Of a stretch of DNA of 64,000 bases, positions 12,155 through 24,356 are shown one piece after another. This DNA is from Hormiphora californensis (Eukaryota > Animalia > Ctenophora). The stretch is taken from contig CM035351.1 in assembly GCA_020137815.1 (NCBI GenBank), forward strand, positions 7,130,001-7,194,000, given 5' to 3'. The notes below the pieces were generated by a model. It was not told the origin of the DNA. It saw only the letters and a program-made list of their open reading frames with translations, and did not search any database. The translations under genes were made by a program, and so were the position numbers. Position 1 is the stretch's first letter. Every line of letters begins with the position of its first letter.

Positions 12155-14699
12155 TAAACCCAGGCTACATACCACTCCTGCTGCCTAAACGAAAGGTGAG
12201 TGACTTTATTTGGTTTAGTATTGCAACAATCTGTTCAGTTTTCCTTCGTTTGAAACCTAGTTACTACTACAATCTCTCACCACTCCCATTTCTCCCAGAA
12301 GGATGCAGAGGATCGGGATGGTCAGGATGGTCAGGATGAACCCAGCACATCTACATCAGTAAGTGTGAAATTCCTTTGACCCCCACCACCCCGGTGTTGC
12401 AGTAATCTCAACAGTTTCTAGAATAACCGTCACACCGACAATGTAGCAATTTAAACTGTTTTCAGAAGAGGAAGTCTAAGCGTCGAATGGTATCCTGTCC
12501 CTACTGTAATGTAACAATGAGATCTGACAATTTAAAACGTCACATTGGTAGTTCTAGATGTAAGAAATGGTGTCCAGACTGTGACAAAACTTTCCCTGCA
12601 GACACTTTTGAGGGTCATCGGATAACACATGTCGCGAAGCTACAGCATAACATTCACACATCCGGTGGTACTAGTGGTCACATAGAAAGTCCAGAGCCAG
12701 AAGTCCAACTAGAGGTTGACACAGAAATGTGTGAAATTTACCGTAGTAATCCAAGTATTGGTTCCTCAGTAAAGTTAGGAAAAATAATGGATGTATTTAA
12801 CTACCAGATTGAGCACTTCACAAATTTTGAGATTGGTCGATTGGTCAGGAGAGTGTTTCAGCAGCAAACTCAGGCATTTAAAATTAAATTGTCTATTGGT
12901 TATGTACTGCGACATATAGAAACGCAGGAGCTAGCATACTATCGTCCCTCGCAAAATAACCAACTACTATTTGAGATACCAAAGTTGATTAAGAATATAG
13001 ATGATGTGAACAGTTTTGTGAGAGATATCGAAGGATTAGATTTGGAGATCACTGTAAACCGACCATCAACCAAATGGCAGTTTGTTCGGGCGACAAACAT
13101 GTCCGTATTTGTGTACAGATTAAGGGGGATACCAATTGGTAGCGGTATCACTTTACCGAAGTATTTGGTGAATAATAAGGGTCTTGTAGCGTTGGTAAAG
13201 TGTCGTGGTACAGGGAAACAATTTGAAGACCAGAAATGCTTTTTCCGTTGTCTGGCTTTGTTCCGTGGGGCTGCACCAAAGGCTCTAGAACGAACGACAA
13301 ATGCTCTAATCAAGGAGTATTGTACCAAGTGTACTATAGACAAGTTCGACGGCGTGTCTTTAGATCAACTAGAAGATATATCACGAGTGTTCAAAATCGG
13401 GATACATGTACACGAGCAAGATGAGAAATTACAGTCATTTTCTGTTTGGCGCTCAATTCAAGAGGACAACATAATGCACGTCAACCTCTTTGAAAATCAT
13501 TTTAGTTACATTACAGATTTAGCAAGGTACTCCTCTTGTTACAGGTGTAACAAATGTGACAAGCTGTTCGATAGACATGGGAATTATTATCGGCATACCC
13601 GGTCTTGCGAGGCAGGCGTGAGACATAAGTTTGTCGGGGGAACATTTAGAGTCAAACCAACTGTGTTTGATGACTTGAAAATGCATGGGGTACATATACC
13701 GGAAAGTATCCGCACGTATCCATATCGTGCGGTGTACGATATAGAAAGTATGCTATCGAAAGAGTTTGATCAGCAAAATACTGAAAAAACTACTTACGTC
13801 AGTATACACCGCCTGATTTCTATTTCGGTGTGTTCTAATGTACCCGGATTTGATGACCCCAAGTGCTTTGTACTCAAGTCTGCAGATGGGCAAAATGAGC
13901 TAGTAGAAGAATTTCTGGAGTACCTTAGGCAAATAAGCGATGAGGCTGCTAAGAGGGTGAGAGAGGTCTACGAAGAATACGCCGTGGAAGAAATTGAGGA
14001 CGAGACCATCCAGGGAAAGTGGGAAGACCATATCTCACAACTCCCTGTCTTGTCGTTTAACGGTGGTAAATACGATATTAACGTATTGAGAGAACACCTA
14101 TTCCCTCTTTTAGCCAAGGAAGGGGCTGTGAAATATGTAATCAAGAAGGGGAGTAGCTATATGTGCCTTAGTACAGAACAGTTGAAATTCCTGGATCTAA
14201 TTTATTACATAGCACCCGGCAATAATTTGGATCAATTTACAAGGGCCTACGGAGCCAAGGCGAGAAAAGGTTATTTTCCATATGAATGGTTAAATGAGTT
14301 TGACAAGTTGGAAGTGACAGAATTCCCAGCATATGAGACCTTCTATTCAGCATTAAAAGATCAGAATATGCTTGAGCCGAAGGTTGGTGAGAGTTTAAGT
14401 AAAGATGAAGAAGGGCTTATTGGTAGAAGGTCTGGTTCCAGTCAATCTCCCTCAATCACGAGAGAAGAATCTATCGTCATCGGTAGATTTAGATACACAC
14501 AACTTAAAGAGATGTTTGATGCTAGAAGTTGGTCTATGAGAGATTACCTACAGCACTACAACAACTTGGATACCATCTCCCTCGTAGAGGCAATTGAAAA
14601 CCTCGTACAATACTACACTGATCGAGGAGTTGACATCTTCAAACAGGCACTTTCAGGTATACACATTACACACACATACCCACCGTCCACACACAGACA

Positions 14700-14744
<45 letters not shown>

Positions 14745-15965
14745 CGTCCCTTAATCAACCACTATCTTTTTAGTACCGGGTATTGCCGAAAGAATTGCAT
14801 TCAATGGACTGAACAACAAGAATGAAGTTTTTAGCTTGTTCAGCGGAAAGCATAAGGACTTGGTTCAACTGTTTTTGAAAAACAATATAGGAGGTCCAGC
14901 AATTATTTTCTGTCGTTATGCAGAAGCAGGTACGTTTCCTCTTGGGAAAGATTTTTAAAAGTAGAGAGAGGGGGGGGGGGGAAGAGAAAGAGAGATCTAA
15001 CTATTTTTTAACTAGGTGTAACAGCTATACGAAACAAACTGGGGAATCTGTGCAAGCGTATAGTAGGATATGACGCCAACGCATTATATCTCAGTAAGTC
15101 CAAGACCGGTTAATTTTCTTTTTTAATTTCAACAACTTTAGTTCCATAATGTTGATTAGACTAATTCCTATGCCTACAGGTTGTATGGCTGAAAAAATGC
15201 CATGCGGTATGTTCATCAGACGGAGAGAACCAGGGTTTGAGCCTGAATATCCTACCAAGTTCTCCAGAGTATCGACTGAATGGTTAACATGGTGTGAAGA
15301 CGATCTTGGTATTGAGATACTACATGCAAGAAACAGTGGAGAAGTGAAGATAGGACCACAAAGAATACCAGTTGACGGGTTTCATGAGTAAGTCATATAT
15401 GTCCCACATATCTAAATAACTGAATTGCACCTTCTTTTTCTTTCAGTTTTTCAATTATTCATATTTCAACATTTCAGACCATCCAACACGATTTTTCAAT
15501 TCCACGGATGTTGGTTTCACGGCTGTCTCAAATGTTTCCCTGACAAGGAGGAGAGGGAGGTGAAAACTTTTTCAAGGAAGAGTCATAACTTCAACCTCAG
15601 TAGGACTAATAAGATCACTGCTGACTTCAGAGCTCTTGGGTATAAGGTCAGTTCCCTATTTCATAAACAGTCAATCATTATCTCAAGTCTGATCCATTCC
15701 TCTCCTTTTAACCTCTTACGACTCACATTTTCCCAAACCCTAGGTTGTTGAAATATGGGAGCATGAATGGCGACAGAAGAAAAAGACTCTCAATCTATCA
15801 AATCGATACTTTTACCCTTTAGAGGACCAATATCGGTTGACACCGAAAACGATCATCAAAGCAATAAAAAATGGTACACTATTTGGAGTCATAGAGGTGG
15901 ACATATCCGTTCCTGACCACCTCAAGCAAAAGTAAGGATTGAAAAGGGCAAATTTACTAACGACT

Positions 15966-16005
<40 letters not shown>

Positions 16006-17072
16006 CTTGTATTATAGAGAGAGAAGAAAAGAACCCATTTTTCAGGTTTGAGGAAATGCCTCCCATTTTTAAGAACACCACCATTAATGAAGCTGATATT
16101 GGGGAGTACATGCAAAATTTTCTTCGTGAAACAGGTCAAAAGTTCACAGCACGGCGAAATCTCATTGGTTCAATGTTCGGGATTAAGATGCTGTTCATCA
16201 CACCGCTATTAAAGTGGTACTTGAAACATGGACTGGAAATCACCAAAGTGTATCAAGTGATCCAATTTAATCCGGTGAAGTGCTTCGCGAAGTTTGCTGA
16301 CAATATCTCGGACGATCGTCGGGCAGGTATGTGCGACTGTTAGTTTAAAAAAAAGGGGGGGGGGGGTAAGGTAATGAATGTTTACTCATTAAATCACCAA
16401 TCCCATCAGGTGATGCTGATTCCAGCAAAAGCACGATAGCAGATACAAGCAAGTTAATTGGGAACTCCGTGTACGGACATTGCATTATGCGAAAAGATAG
16501 GCACTCGAACGTTCAGCTAGTGGACCTAGAAAAAGCATCAAAGCTGATAAATGACCCTAAAATGAGTAGCTTTGAAGAGTTGGGTGAAGACACATTTGAG
16601 GTACAGTATGATTATGATTGGTCATTATATTCTCTAGTCTGGTACGGATAGAACAGTTACAATACTACCATACACAGTTTTACTATTCGACAATCCCCCC
16701 CCCCACCCCTCAGGTGACGAGTAGAAAAAGAACGATCACTTTTGATCTTCCAGTACAACTTGGCTTTTTCGTATATTCGTACGCGAAGTTAAAGATGTTG
16801 GAATTCTATTTTGACGTATTGGATAGATTCATAGACCGTTCCAACTTTGTTCTCCTTGAAATGGACACAGGTAACTTTTCAAACTACTCCATGTGCACTA
16901 ATCATAAAGCAGTACGATACATTTATTTTCAATCTTGCTAGATTCTCTGTATCTGGCGCTTGCTGGAGAAAGTTTGGATGAGCTTGTGAAGCCAGGGATG
17001 GAAAACGAGTGGGATCTAATAAAGAAACAATACTTCCCTCGAGATGATCATAAAGCTTATGATAAACAGTAG
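12155..17072 (+). CDS. Maverick/Polinton-type protein-primed family B DNA polymerase, intron-containing
   Basis: Exons 12155-12195, 12299-12358, 12466-14656, 14774-14929, 15016-15093, 15180-15387, 15478-15646, 15744-15931, 16046-16326, 16410-16600, 16714-16870 and 16942-17072. All introns are GT-AG and phase-compatible; exons from 12466 sum to 3750 nt. Motifs: Exo I YDIES, Exo II FNGGKYD, KGYFPYEW, Exo III YNNLD, Pol A YDANALY, Pol B KLIGNSVYG, Pol C MDTDS. Confidence 0.9.
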
Positions 17073-17149
17073 ACCTCCACTTTGTCAGTCCTAAATGAAC
17101 TAACAGTAAGCTTAACTATTTGACACTTAATCAAAAAAGAACATTTACA

Positions 17150-17494
17150 ATGTGTTTTCTTCTATTCAGAAGGTTATTTTAACAGGTTGAAAGATGGCTG
17201 GGTTATATGAGTACAAACTGCTGAGAAACTTAAACTTTGTAACTAGGAGTCATTACACAGAACTTAAGCTTAAACTTTTCACACTGTCACTACTTAAAGG
17301 ACTACGAAGTCTTTTCGGTGATAGCAAGTTTAAGAATTGGAAATAAGCTGGAATTAGATTTCAAAGACGGAAATTGCTTACAAAATCAACACGCAAGAAA
17401 GCCGGACTCACACTTGTCACTCTTTGAGTACTACAAGAAAAGGTCTGATGATGGTATTAGTACAGATATCGGAAATTGGGAATTGTTCAAGTAG
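17150..17494 (+). pseudogene. Frameshifted remnant resembling the pPolB C-terminus
   Basis: Different frames give AGIRF..., KKAGLT and YYKKRSDDGIST, resembling the end of Polinton pPolB proteins. There is no continuous frame. Confidence 0.45.
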
Positions 17495-17849
17495 GAAATG
17501 CGTATTGTCTTATTAAGTCACTCATATCATCTTTATGTTAGACTGCCGTGTTACGCAGATGTATTATGTCATTATCTGATATTTAATTTTATATATATCG
17601 TTCATAATGCGTCACCAGTGATCATGTATGCAACTAGTGTCCAGTACCGACCAGAAACGGTGACCTATTTTTTCTATAATAATAGTATATAATCGTTCAT
17701 GAACATGAGTCACACGGGATGTAGTCAACAGCAGCACAGACCAGAACGGGTAAGCCAGCATTCTCAATCTACTCTTGGCGAATCTCTATATACCTCTCTC
17801 CTCTATCTCTACCTAGGTCTCAGGTATGAGACGTTGGGACGGAGCAGAG

Positions 17850-18017
<168 letters not shown>

Positions 18018-18063
18018 GTTTCTCCGGTTGGCTGTCAGAGCTCTCTCTCTCTCTCTCTCTCTC

Positions 18064-18650
18064 TCATGTGAACCACAAATTGACCATATATGGTCATAAA
18101 ATCAGTCACCTGATCACCACGTGACTGCAGTCAACAAGCCAATCAGAGGTCGGAACGGGTGCCTCACTTGGTCCAGAACCAACCACAGCAGAACAAACGC
18201 ATCACGTGAACCACGTATTGACCATATATGGTCATAACATGCGTCATGTAAATTGACCATATATGGTTATAACATGGGTCACATGATTATCACGTGCCTG
18301 CAGTCAACAGCCAACCAGAGGCCAGAACAGGTACCTCACTTGGTCCAGAACCAATCTCGGTAGAACAAACGTATCACGTGAACCACCTATTGACCATATA
18401 TGGTCATAACATGGGACACGTGATCACCATATGACTGCAGTCAATAACCAATCAGAGGCCAGAACGGGGTGCCTCACTTGGTCTCGAATCACGTGACCAG
18501 TCACATGACCGATATCGGCCGATATGCTACAGATATTGGTCATGTGATTGATCACGTGTAGTAACCGACCAACCACAGCAGAGCAAACGTGTCACGTGGT
18601 ACAATTAAGGGTCACGTGACCACGTCATCAGCCAATCACAGGCCAGGATT
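18064..18650. repeat. Degenerate ~140-175 bp tandem repeat rich in CACGTG, CCAATCA and the palindrome TGACCATATATGGTCA
   Basis: The unit tgaaccac..attgaccatatatggtcataa...ctgcagtcaa..ccaatcagagg..agaac...cctcacttggtc recurs about 3 times plus a partial copy. Confidence 0.8.
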
Positions 18651-18725
18651 TTGCCTCGCTTATCGGGTAATTTAGGTCCCTACTACTCGATATATACTAC
18701 TTACATCACATAGCCACACATCGCC

Positions 18726-19849
18726 ATGTCTGATCTGAGCAACCACACCATCCTACCATCATCCTCCCTACTCCATGGTGTTGACATTGCCATAGGAGTC
18801 ATCTACATGGTAACAATACCAATCGGGTTGCTAGGCAACGTGGCTGCATTCTGTTATTTCTGGTGCAAATCATGTGACCTCCCATCCCTTCTCTACCTGC
18901 TAACTGCTGTAATTGATGTGCTCCTTCTGGTTATGAACATCGCCCCCGGACTCTCCTTCTTCTACTCCCGACACCCCCTTCTCTTCTCCTACAACACCTT
19001 CTGTACCGTGTGGGATGTCCTCCACTTTATATCCAACAAGATAAGCGTGATGTTGGTATTGATCCTGTGCGTAACAAGGGCACATGCCGTGGCAAAACCC
19101 CTCAACCACTCTCAAACATTCACTAAATTCAGAGTTGGATGTTTCCTTGTGGTGTTTTCCCTGGGTGTCCTCTCTGTGGATTTCTTCCAGCGGGTACAAG
19201 GATGGGGCCACAGCACCTATGTAGCTCATGATGTTTACTGCTGGATGACTGCACCAGACGGACCCAACACCACAGACGGTAGCGAGGTATCAGGAACGGA
19301 CAACCTCATATACTTCTACATGGTCGGATTCTGCCTTCTTGCCCTACCCATAATCCCAGTGTCAGTTGCTAGTACCTTTACATGTCGTCAGTATGAGGAA
19401 GGCAGTTCAAATCGGGGGCAACTACAGTGGGGCCCAACTAAAGAAACAGGCTACAATCACCACCATTATCTTCGCACTGGCCTACATCATCTTCAATATT
19501 CCCACTATTTATCAACTATGTCACATGGACTCTAACCATCCTTCTCCAGCCTGACCTGTTTGTTAAACTATACGAGAACAACACTGTGGGCTACATGTAT
19601 GTGTGGAACATTACGGATGTGCTCTGCCCGGCACTCAATGCAACTGTTAACCCGTGTATATACTGGTGGCGCTTAGCCAGTTTCAGAAGATGGGCTGCTG
19701 TTGGTACGCAGGGTGTTAACCGACAGTGGGTCAGACATCAGACGACATTTAGGACACACGCGTCAGTGTCACGTGCTATTTTTGTAGTCACCCCTAGAGC
19801 TAGTATCTGTGAGCAGAAGGATGTTTTAGAGCTGGAGAAAATCGAGTAG
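18726..19849 (+). pseudogene. Rhodopsin-like (class A) GPCR, intronless, with two +1 frameshifts (pseudogene or sequencing error)
   Basis: TM1 GLLGN, TM2 LTAVIDV, TM3 Cys ... VTRA at the DRY position, TM6 AYIIFNIP, TM7 NATVNPCIY. Removing one base at about 19383 and one at about 19502 restores a continuous 7TM frame. Confidence 0.8.
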
Positions 19850-20131
19850 CAGTGTGGAATGTAGTGGAATTGCGTGACAGATTGTACCGTATAGCTACAA
19901 CTGTCAATTAATGACACTCAATGAGAGTCCGTGCTATATTTTGTAATTGTTTTTTTTTCAATTGCTCATGCTGGAATTGTTGATCATGTGACGATTTAAA
20001 AGTGTTATCTTAGCTGTATTTGTACACTTCGTGAATCGAATTGTATTTCTAATGGTTATTAATTGAAATATTTTTCATTAACTTTTCATGTCATCTCCAT
20101 TATTACACTTGCACTGCCCTTAGCCCTTCCT

Positions 20132-20410
20132 CCAATCAACCAACCCTCTCTCTCTCTTTAATCAACCAACTCTCTCTTCCTTCAATCAACCAAACTCATC
20201 TCTCTCTCTTTAATCAACCAACTCTCTCTTCCTTCAATCAACCAAACCCCTCTCTCTCTTTGATCAACCAACTCTCTCTTCCTTCAATCAACCAAACCCC
20301 TCTCTCTCTTTAATCAACCAAATCTCTCTTCCTTCAATCAACCAAACCCCTCTCTCTCTCTCTTTGATCAATCAAATCTCTCTTCCTTCAATCAATCAAC
20401 TCTCTTTCTC
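20132..20410. repeat. ~50 bp minisatellite (TCAATCAACCAAACCCCTCTCTCTCTTTAATCAACCAACTCTCTCTTCCT)
   Basis: About 5 degenerate tandem copies visible. Confidence 0.85.
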
Positions 20411-20567
20411 TCCCTCTATTTGGTTCGGAGACTTCCTCAATAATAAACACGGGTACCTTTTCAATACCTTTTACATTATTATCAATTATCAGGACTGTTT
20501 AAGTGTCCACAAGGAGGGGGAGGGTTACCTAATCCTGATTATTAACCGCTTTTTTGTACCCCTGCAG

Positions 20568-20856
20568 GTCGAGGAAGGTGTGTCACCACTCTGTATCTCA
20601 CCCAAGATAACCACAACGGTACGATAGCTCATTATTTGATTGGGGGGAGGCTTGAAAAGTCTATCGATACCCTGATTTTGGACGTTAGAATTTTTAGAAT
20701 TTTTTAGACTTTTTTAGGCTTTTCGCACTAACAAAGTCTAAAAAGTCCATTGATTTTGGCCGATGAATAACATGCCTTGTTGTACTGCAGGCTGATGTGG
20801 AACTGAAGGTAGTTCAGAATGATGAAGAAGAAGAAGAGGAATCTCTTGTGACCTGA
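20568..20856 (+). CDS. Two putative terminal exons of an unidentified gene
   Basis: cag|20568-20618|gta and cag|20791-20856 join in phase 0: VEEGVSPLCISPKITTT-ADVELKVVQNDEEEEEESLVT*. Confidence 0.35.
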
Positions 20857-21454
20857 GGGGCCACACTCTACTTGAGGGTGACTACAATTGGGGGGCACTA
20901 CTGGTTTAGTGTCTGCTGTTGGACATTATCAGATGAAATATGGACCCTGTGTCGTCCTGAATGAGACTAACAATGGAATGAACACTGTAACATACACACA
21001 CACAGACTTGTAATAGCTCACACTCTGTGAGGCCGTTCCGCAGAGCCAAATATTACAGACGTATCATATATGAATCTTTTGAAGTTGTGAAAATTCCATA
21101 TTTATCTTCAGTTTAAATTCAGTAAGATACGACTTTTTCGATGTTTCGTCAAATGCAATATGTTAATACTAAATACAATCTAGGTACAAGTCGTTAATAC
21201 CACACTACTTTCAGTTCAGTTCCAATACCAGTCCTCTAATTACTGCTATAGTGCTACTAGTGCTGTACTGCTTATCAACTCACAAACAAGGTCAAGCAGG
21301 ATAAACAAGTTACAACAACCTATACAAACCTCTTCAATAAAATTCTACAAACAACAATAATAAAGTCTACTGCAGACTTCTCTCTGTCAGGATCACCAGG
21401 TAAATACACAAACTATTAAATATCGCTTCCCGCAAATTCTACAATTAAAGTGTC

Positions 21455-23153
21455 CTAATTAAAGAATTGTATTGACATAAACCTATGATCCTCTTTACAG
21501 TCCATTCCTAGTTTTTCGTAAAACCCCCTCACCTTTTCATTGCAGTCCAGGCTGAGTTTGTAGCACCGGGTTGACTCCGCCAACAAGATACAGATATCAA
21601 GGAGCATCTTACCAAACCCACGGCCCTGTGTAGAGATGAAACTGTGTTAGGAGTTGACATGTTAGAGGAATCTAGAGCAATGAAAGAGGTACAGTGGGTA
21701 CAGTTCTAGAGAGGGAGGGTACAGGGTATGTGGTAATGGAAGTTAGATATTCAGAGACTTGTTTATACATCACATTCTGATACACGATTCTCTAAATATT
21801 GTATTTGTAGGGCGAGAATCACACACAGACAGCTTCTCGTCTTACAAAAACACTTGACAAATATACAATTTCCAATCTTAGCTAGGTTGAGGTGAGAACT
21901 GACTAGGTCATGACGTCACAATGACGTCACACAATTACCTGATGCTCGGGGTGAACTACTACGTCCTCTATCCGGCCCCTATTGGCCACAGTATGTATTA
22001 TCTTGTGCTCCACTTGTAGTGTAGCACTACCCACTATCAGGTCACTAGATTCATGATATACCACCACTATGTAGTGGCCCCCACCCGATCGCATCTGAAT
22101 GGGAGGGGGATTATTATCATTATGGGCATTATTATCATTATTATTATATGTTCTAACCCTCCTTTATAACGGGGAGAGGGGGTCGAGCAAGGCACGGGAG
22201 GGGCATGTGAGGAGGGAGGGGGATTATTATGTTCTAACGGGGAGAGGGGGTCGAGCAAGGCACGGGAGGGGCATGTGAGGAGGGAGGGGGTAAGTGAAAA
22301 CCGGACCACTACCAGCTACCTAATATGGGGCTGGTTGAATAGTTTCTCGGGGTTAAACAAAGCTGTCAACTTCCCTATCATGTTTGACAGATCTGTGACC
22401 TTGGCATATATAACACAAAAATGGGATACCAACACGTCCTTGAGTTCCCCAGCTCCAATCTCGTATTGCAAAAGTAGAACTTGGAATTCCCCACCCACTG
22501 CACAACAATGATCGTCCTACATTCCGATTCTCTATACCCAGTACCCCCCCCCCCCCCCGCCATGATCAGTATATCCTCCTAAACATCAACACTATCATCA
22601 CTATACCTTGTCAAATTGTTCCTCGAACATGTCTCGAGTGACATCACCCACTGTGGTGAGATGTGACAGCAGCTGACAGTAGCCCCGCCCGTAATCCCCT
22701 CTCTGAAGTGGGCGCACCTGCAGGTGGTGGTGGAGTGATCAGTACGTCATATCACAGATATTGATTTTCTAATACTGATAGCTATACTGATTTTCTAATT
22801 CATACTGATAGCTATTGGCATCCCAGCTCTTCTGATATATTGCACAGCAATATCAGGAAATCACAGCGGGACCCAAGTTAGCTCGACCCTTTCTCGCGCT
22901 ACCCCTCCCTCCCCCCATGATGAAATCCCCTTCCCTCTCCTAGAGCTCAATATCGAGGGCGGGTACCGGGCACCATGCCAAAAGTAAAACACCCCTCTTT
23001 CCCATACTTCTATGAAGTGGCATGCCAATGATATCATACCTTATATTCGCCCTGTTGAGATATTTTAGTGGGGGACATGTCAGTGCGATATGTTGCTCTC
23101 GACTTGCTCCAGTCCAGGGAATCTAAAATCTCTTGATCAAATATATCCGTCAT
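21455..23153 (-). CDS. GNPNAT1: Glucosamine-6-phosphate N-acetyltransferase (GNAT family), 183 aa, 4 exons
   Basis: Exons 23040-23153, 22607-22717, 21939-22094 and 21455-21625 give VRPLQRGDYGRGYCQLLSHLTTVG, ATLQVEHKIIH...RGRIEDVVVHPEHQGRGFGK and CYKLSLDC...GFYEKLG, the characteristic GNA1 motifs. Confidence 0.93.
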
Positions 23154-24140
23154 CTCTATATTGTGGAAGGGGAGTATAAAATTCATGCCATTGCATTTAC
23201 TAAATAGTAAATGATTTAGTCTATTTAATTTTATGCATTGGCCAATGGCCATGCATAAAATATAAATATTCTAAATATATCATATCCCTATAATTTTCAT
23301 TTTTTATTTTTCAATTCGGCCTCCACCTCTTATCTTAATCGCTCCCTCCCTCTCTTTCCCTCTCTCTCGACTTCCAGAACCCACCTTTCCTTCTTCCCCT
23401 TCCGTAATATTATTTGTTTGACAACTCCCGTAAATGCAATGGCAATGGAAATTTTACACTTTTTTCATACTTTTTTGCATAAATTATTATTCCTTCAGGG
23501 GTGGCAGCCCTCACCTGATGACAATTCACTCTCCAACATACGGTTATATGCATACAATAAACTGCCTCATGCCTGTAATAGCAACGTCTCTTGGAACAAT
23601 GTGTTGACAACACTTGCATCTTGGAGAGCTGCTGTTGTAACAGAGATTGTGACAATGTCAGTGACATACAATTGACAGACGTGACTCCACAAATATCTGC
23701 ACAACGGGATGGCCATGGGTGCTACAATTAATATCAAATTTAGCATCAGTGTCATATGGAACACGGGTTGTGATCTCTTTGAAATAAAATGTGGTGTATC
23801 ATGAAAATTATTCATGCTACACCACATTTTATTCAGAATAATACACATTTTTATCGACAGTTTAAACTGTCTTAGACAGTGTTTACTTTTAGACAGCAGA
23901 CAAACGCCAAATGGCCCCCCCCCCGCCAAATGCTGAACAAACCCCAAACAACAAGCAGCAAACAGTTCAGTTCAACTACAAACCAGTGACCAGTTACAGA
24001 CAAGAGCTAGCATTGCTCACTACGGCCAGTACTACGTCTCACATGAAAGACCGTGCTCGTGTGTACATAGTGGATGTATACGTGTTATATCTTCTTCCTC
24101 TCTGTGTCTCTCTGTGTGTGTGTCTCTCTGTATCTCTGTG

Positions 24141-24171
<31 letters not shown>

Positions 24172-24188
24172 CTATTGACTTTACGTTC

Positions 24189-24356
24189 CAGTTACAAAAT
24201 TGAAACCGGACATCAGTCTCTGGACAGCTGGGACACTCCTGGTGAACCATGCGGCGCACCGCATTTTCGATCACGTGATCGATGTGAATTGCATTGAAAG
24301 TAGCGCGTCAGCACTCCACAGAGAAACTGGCACCAGGTTTCAATTTTGTAACTGGT
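24189..24356. mobile_element. Small MITE-like element
   Basis: 20 bp inverted termini CCAGTTACAAAATTGAAACC ... GGTTTCAATTTTGTAACTGG; no clear TSD. Confidence 0.5.

Noticed and set aside
18064-20410. CRISPR-like repeat/spacer arrays
   Set aside because: Eukaryotic context; the units are degenerate tandem repeats without unique constant-length spacers, and no cas genes are present.
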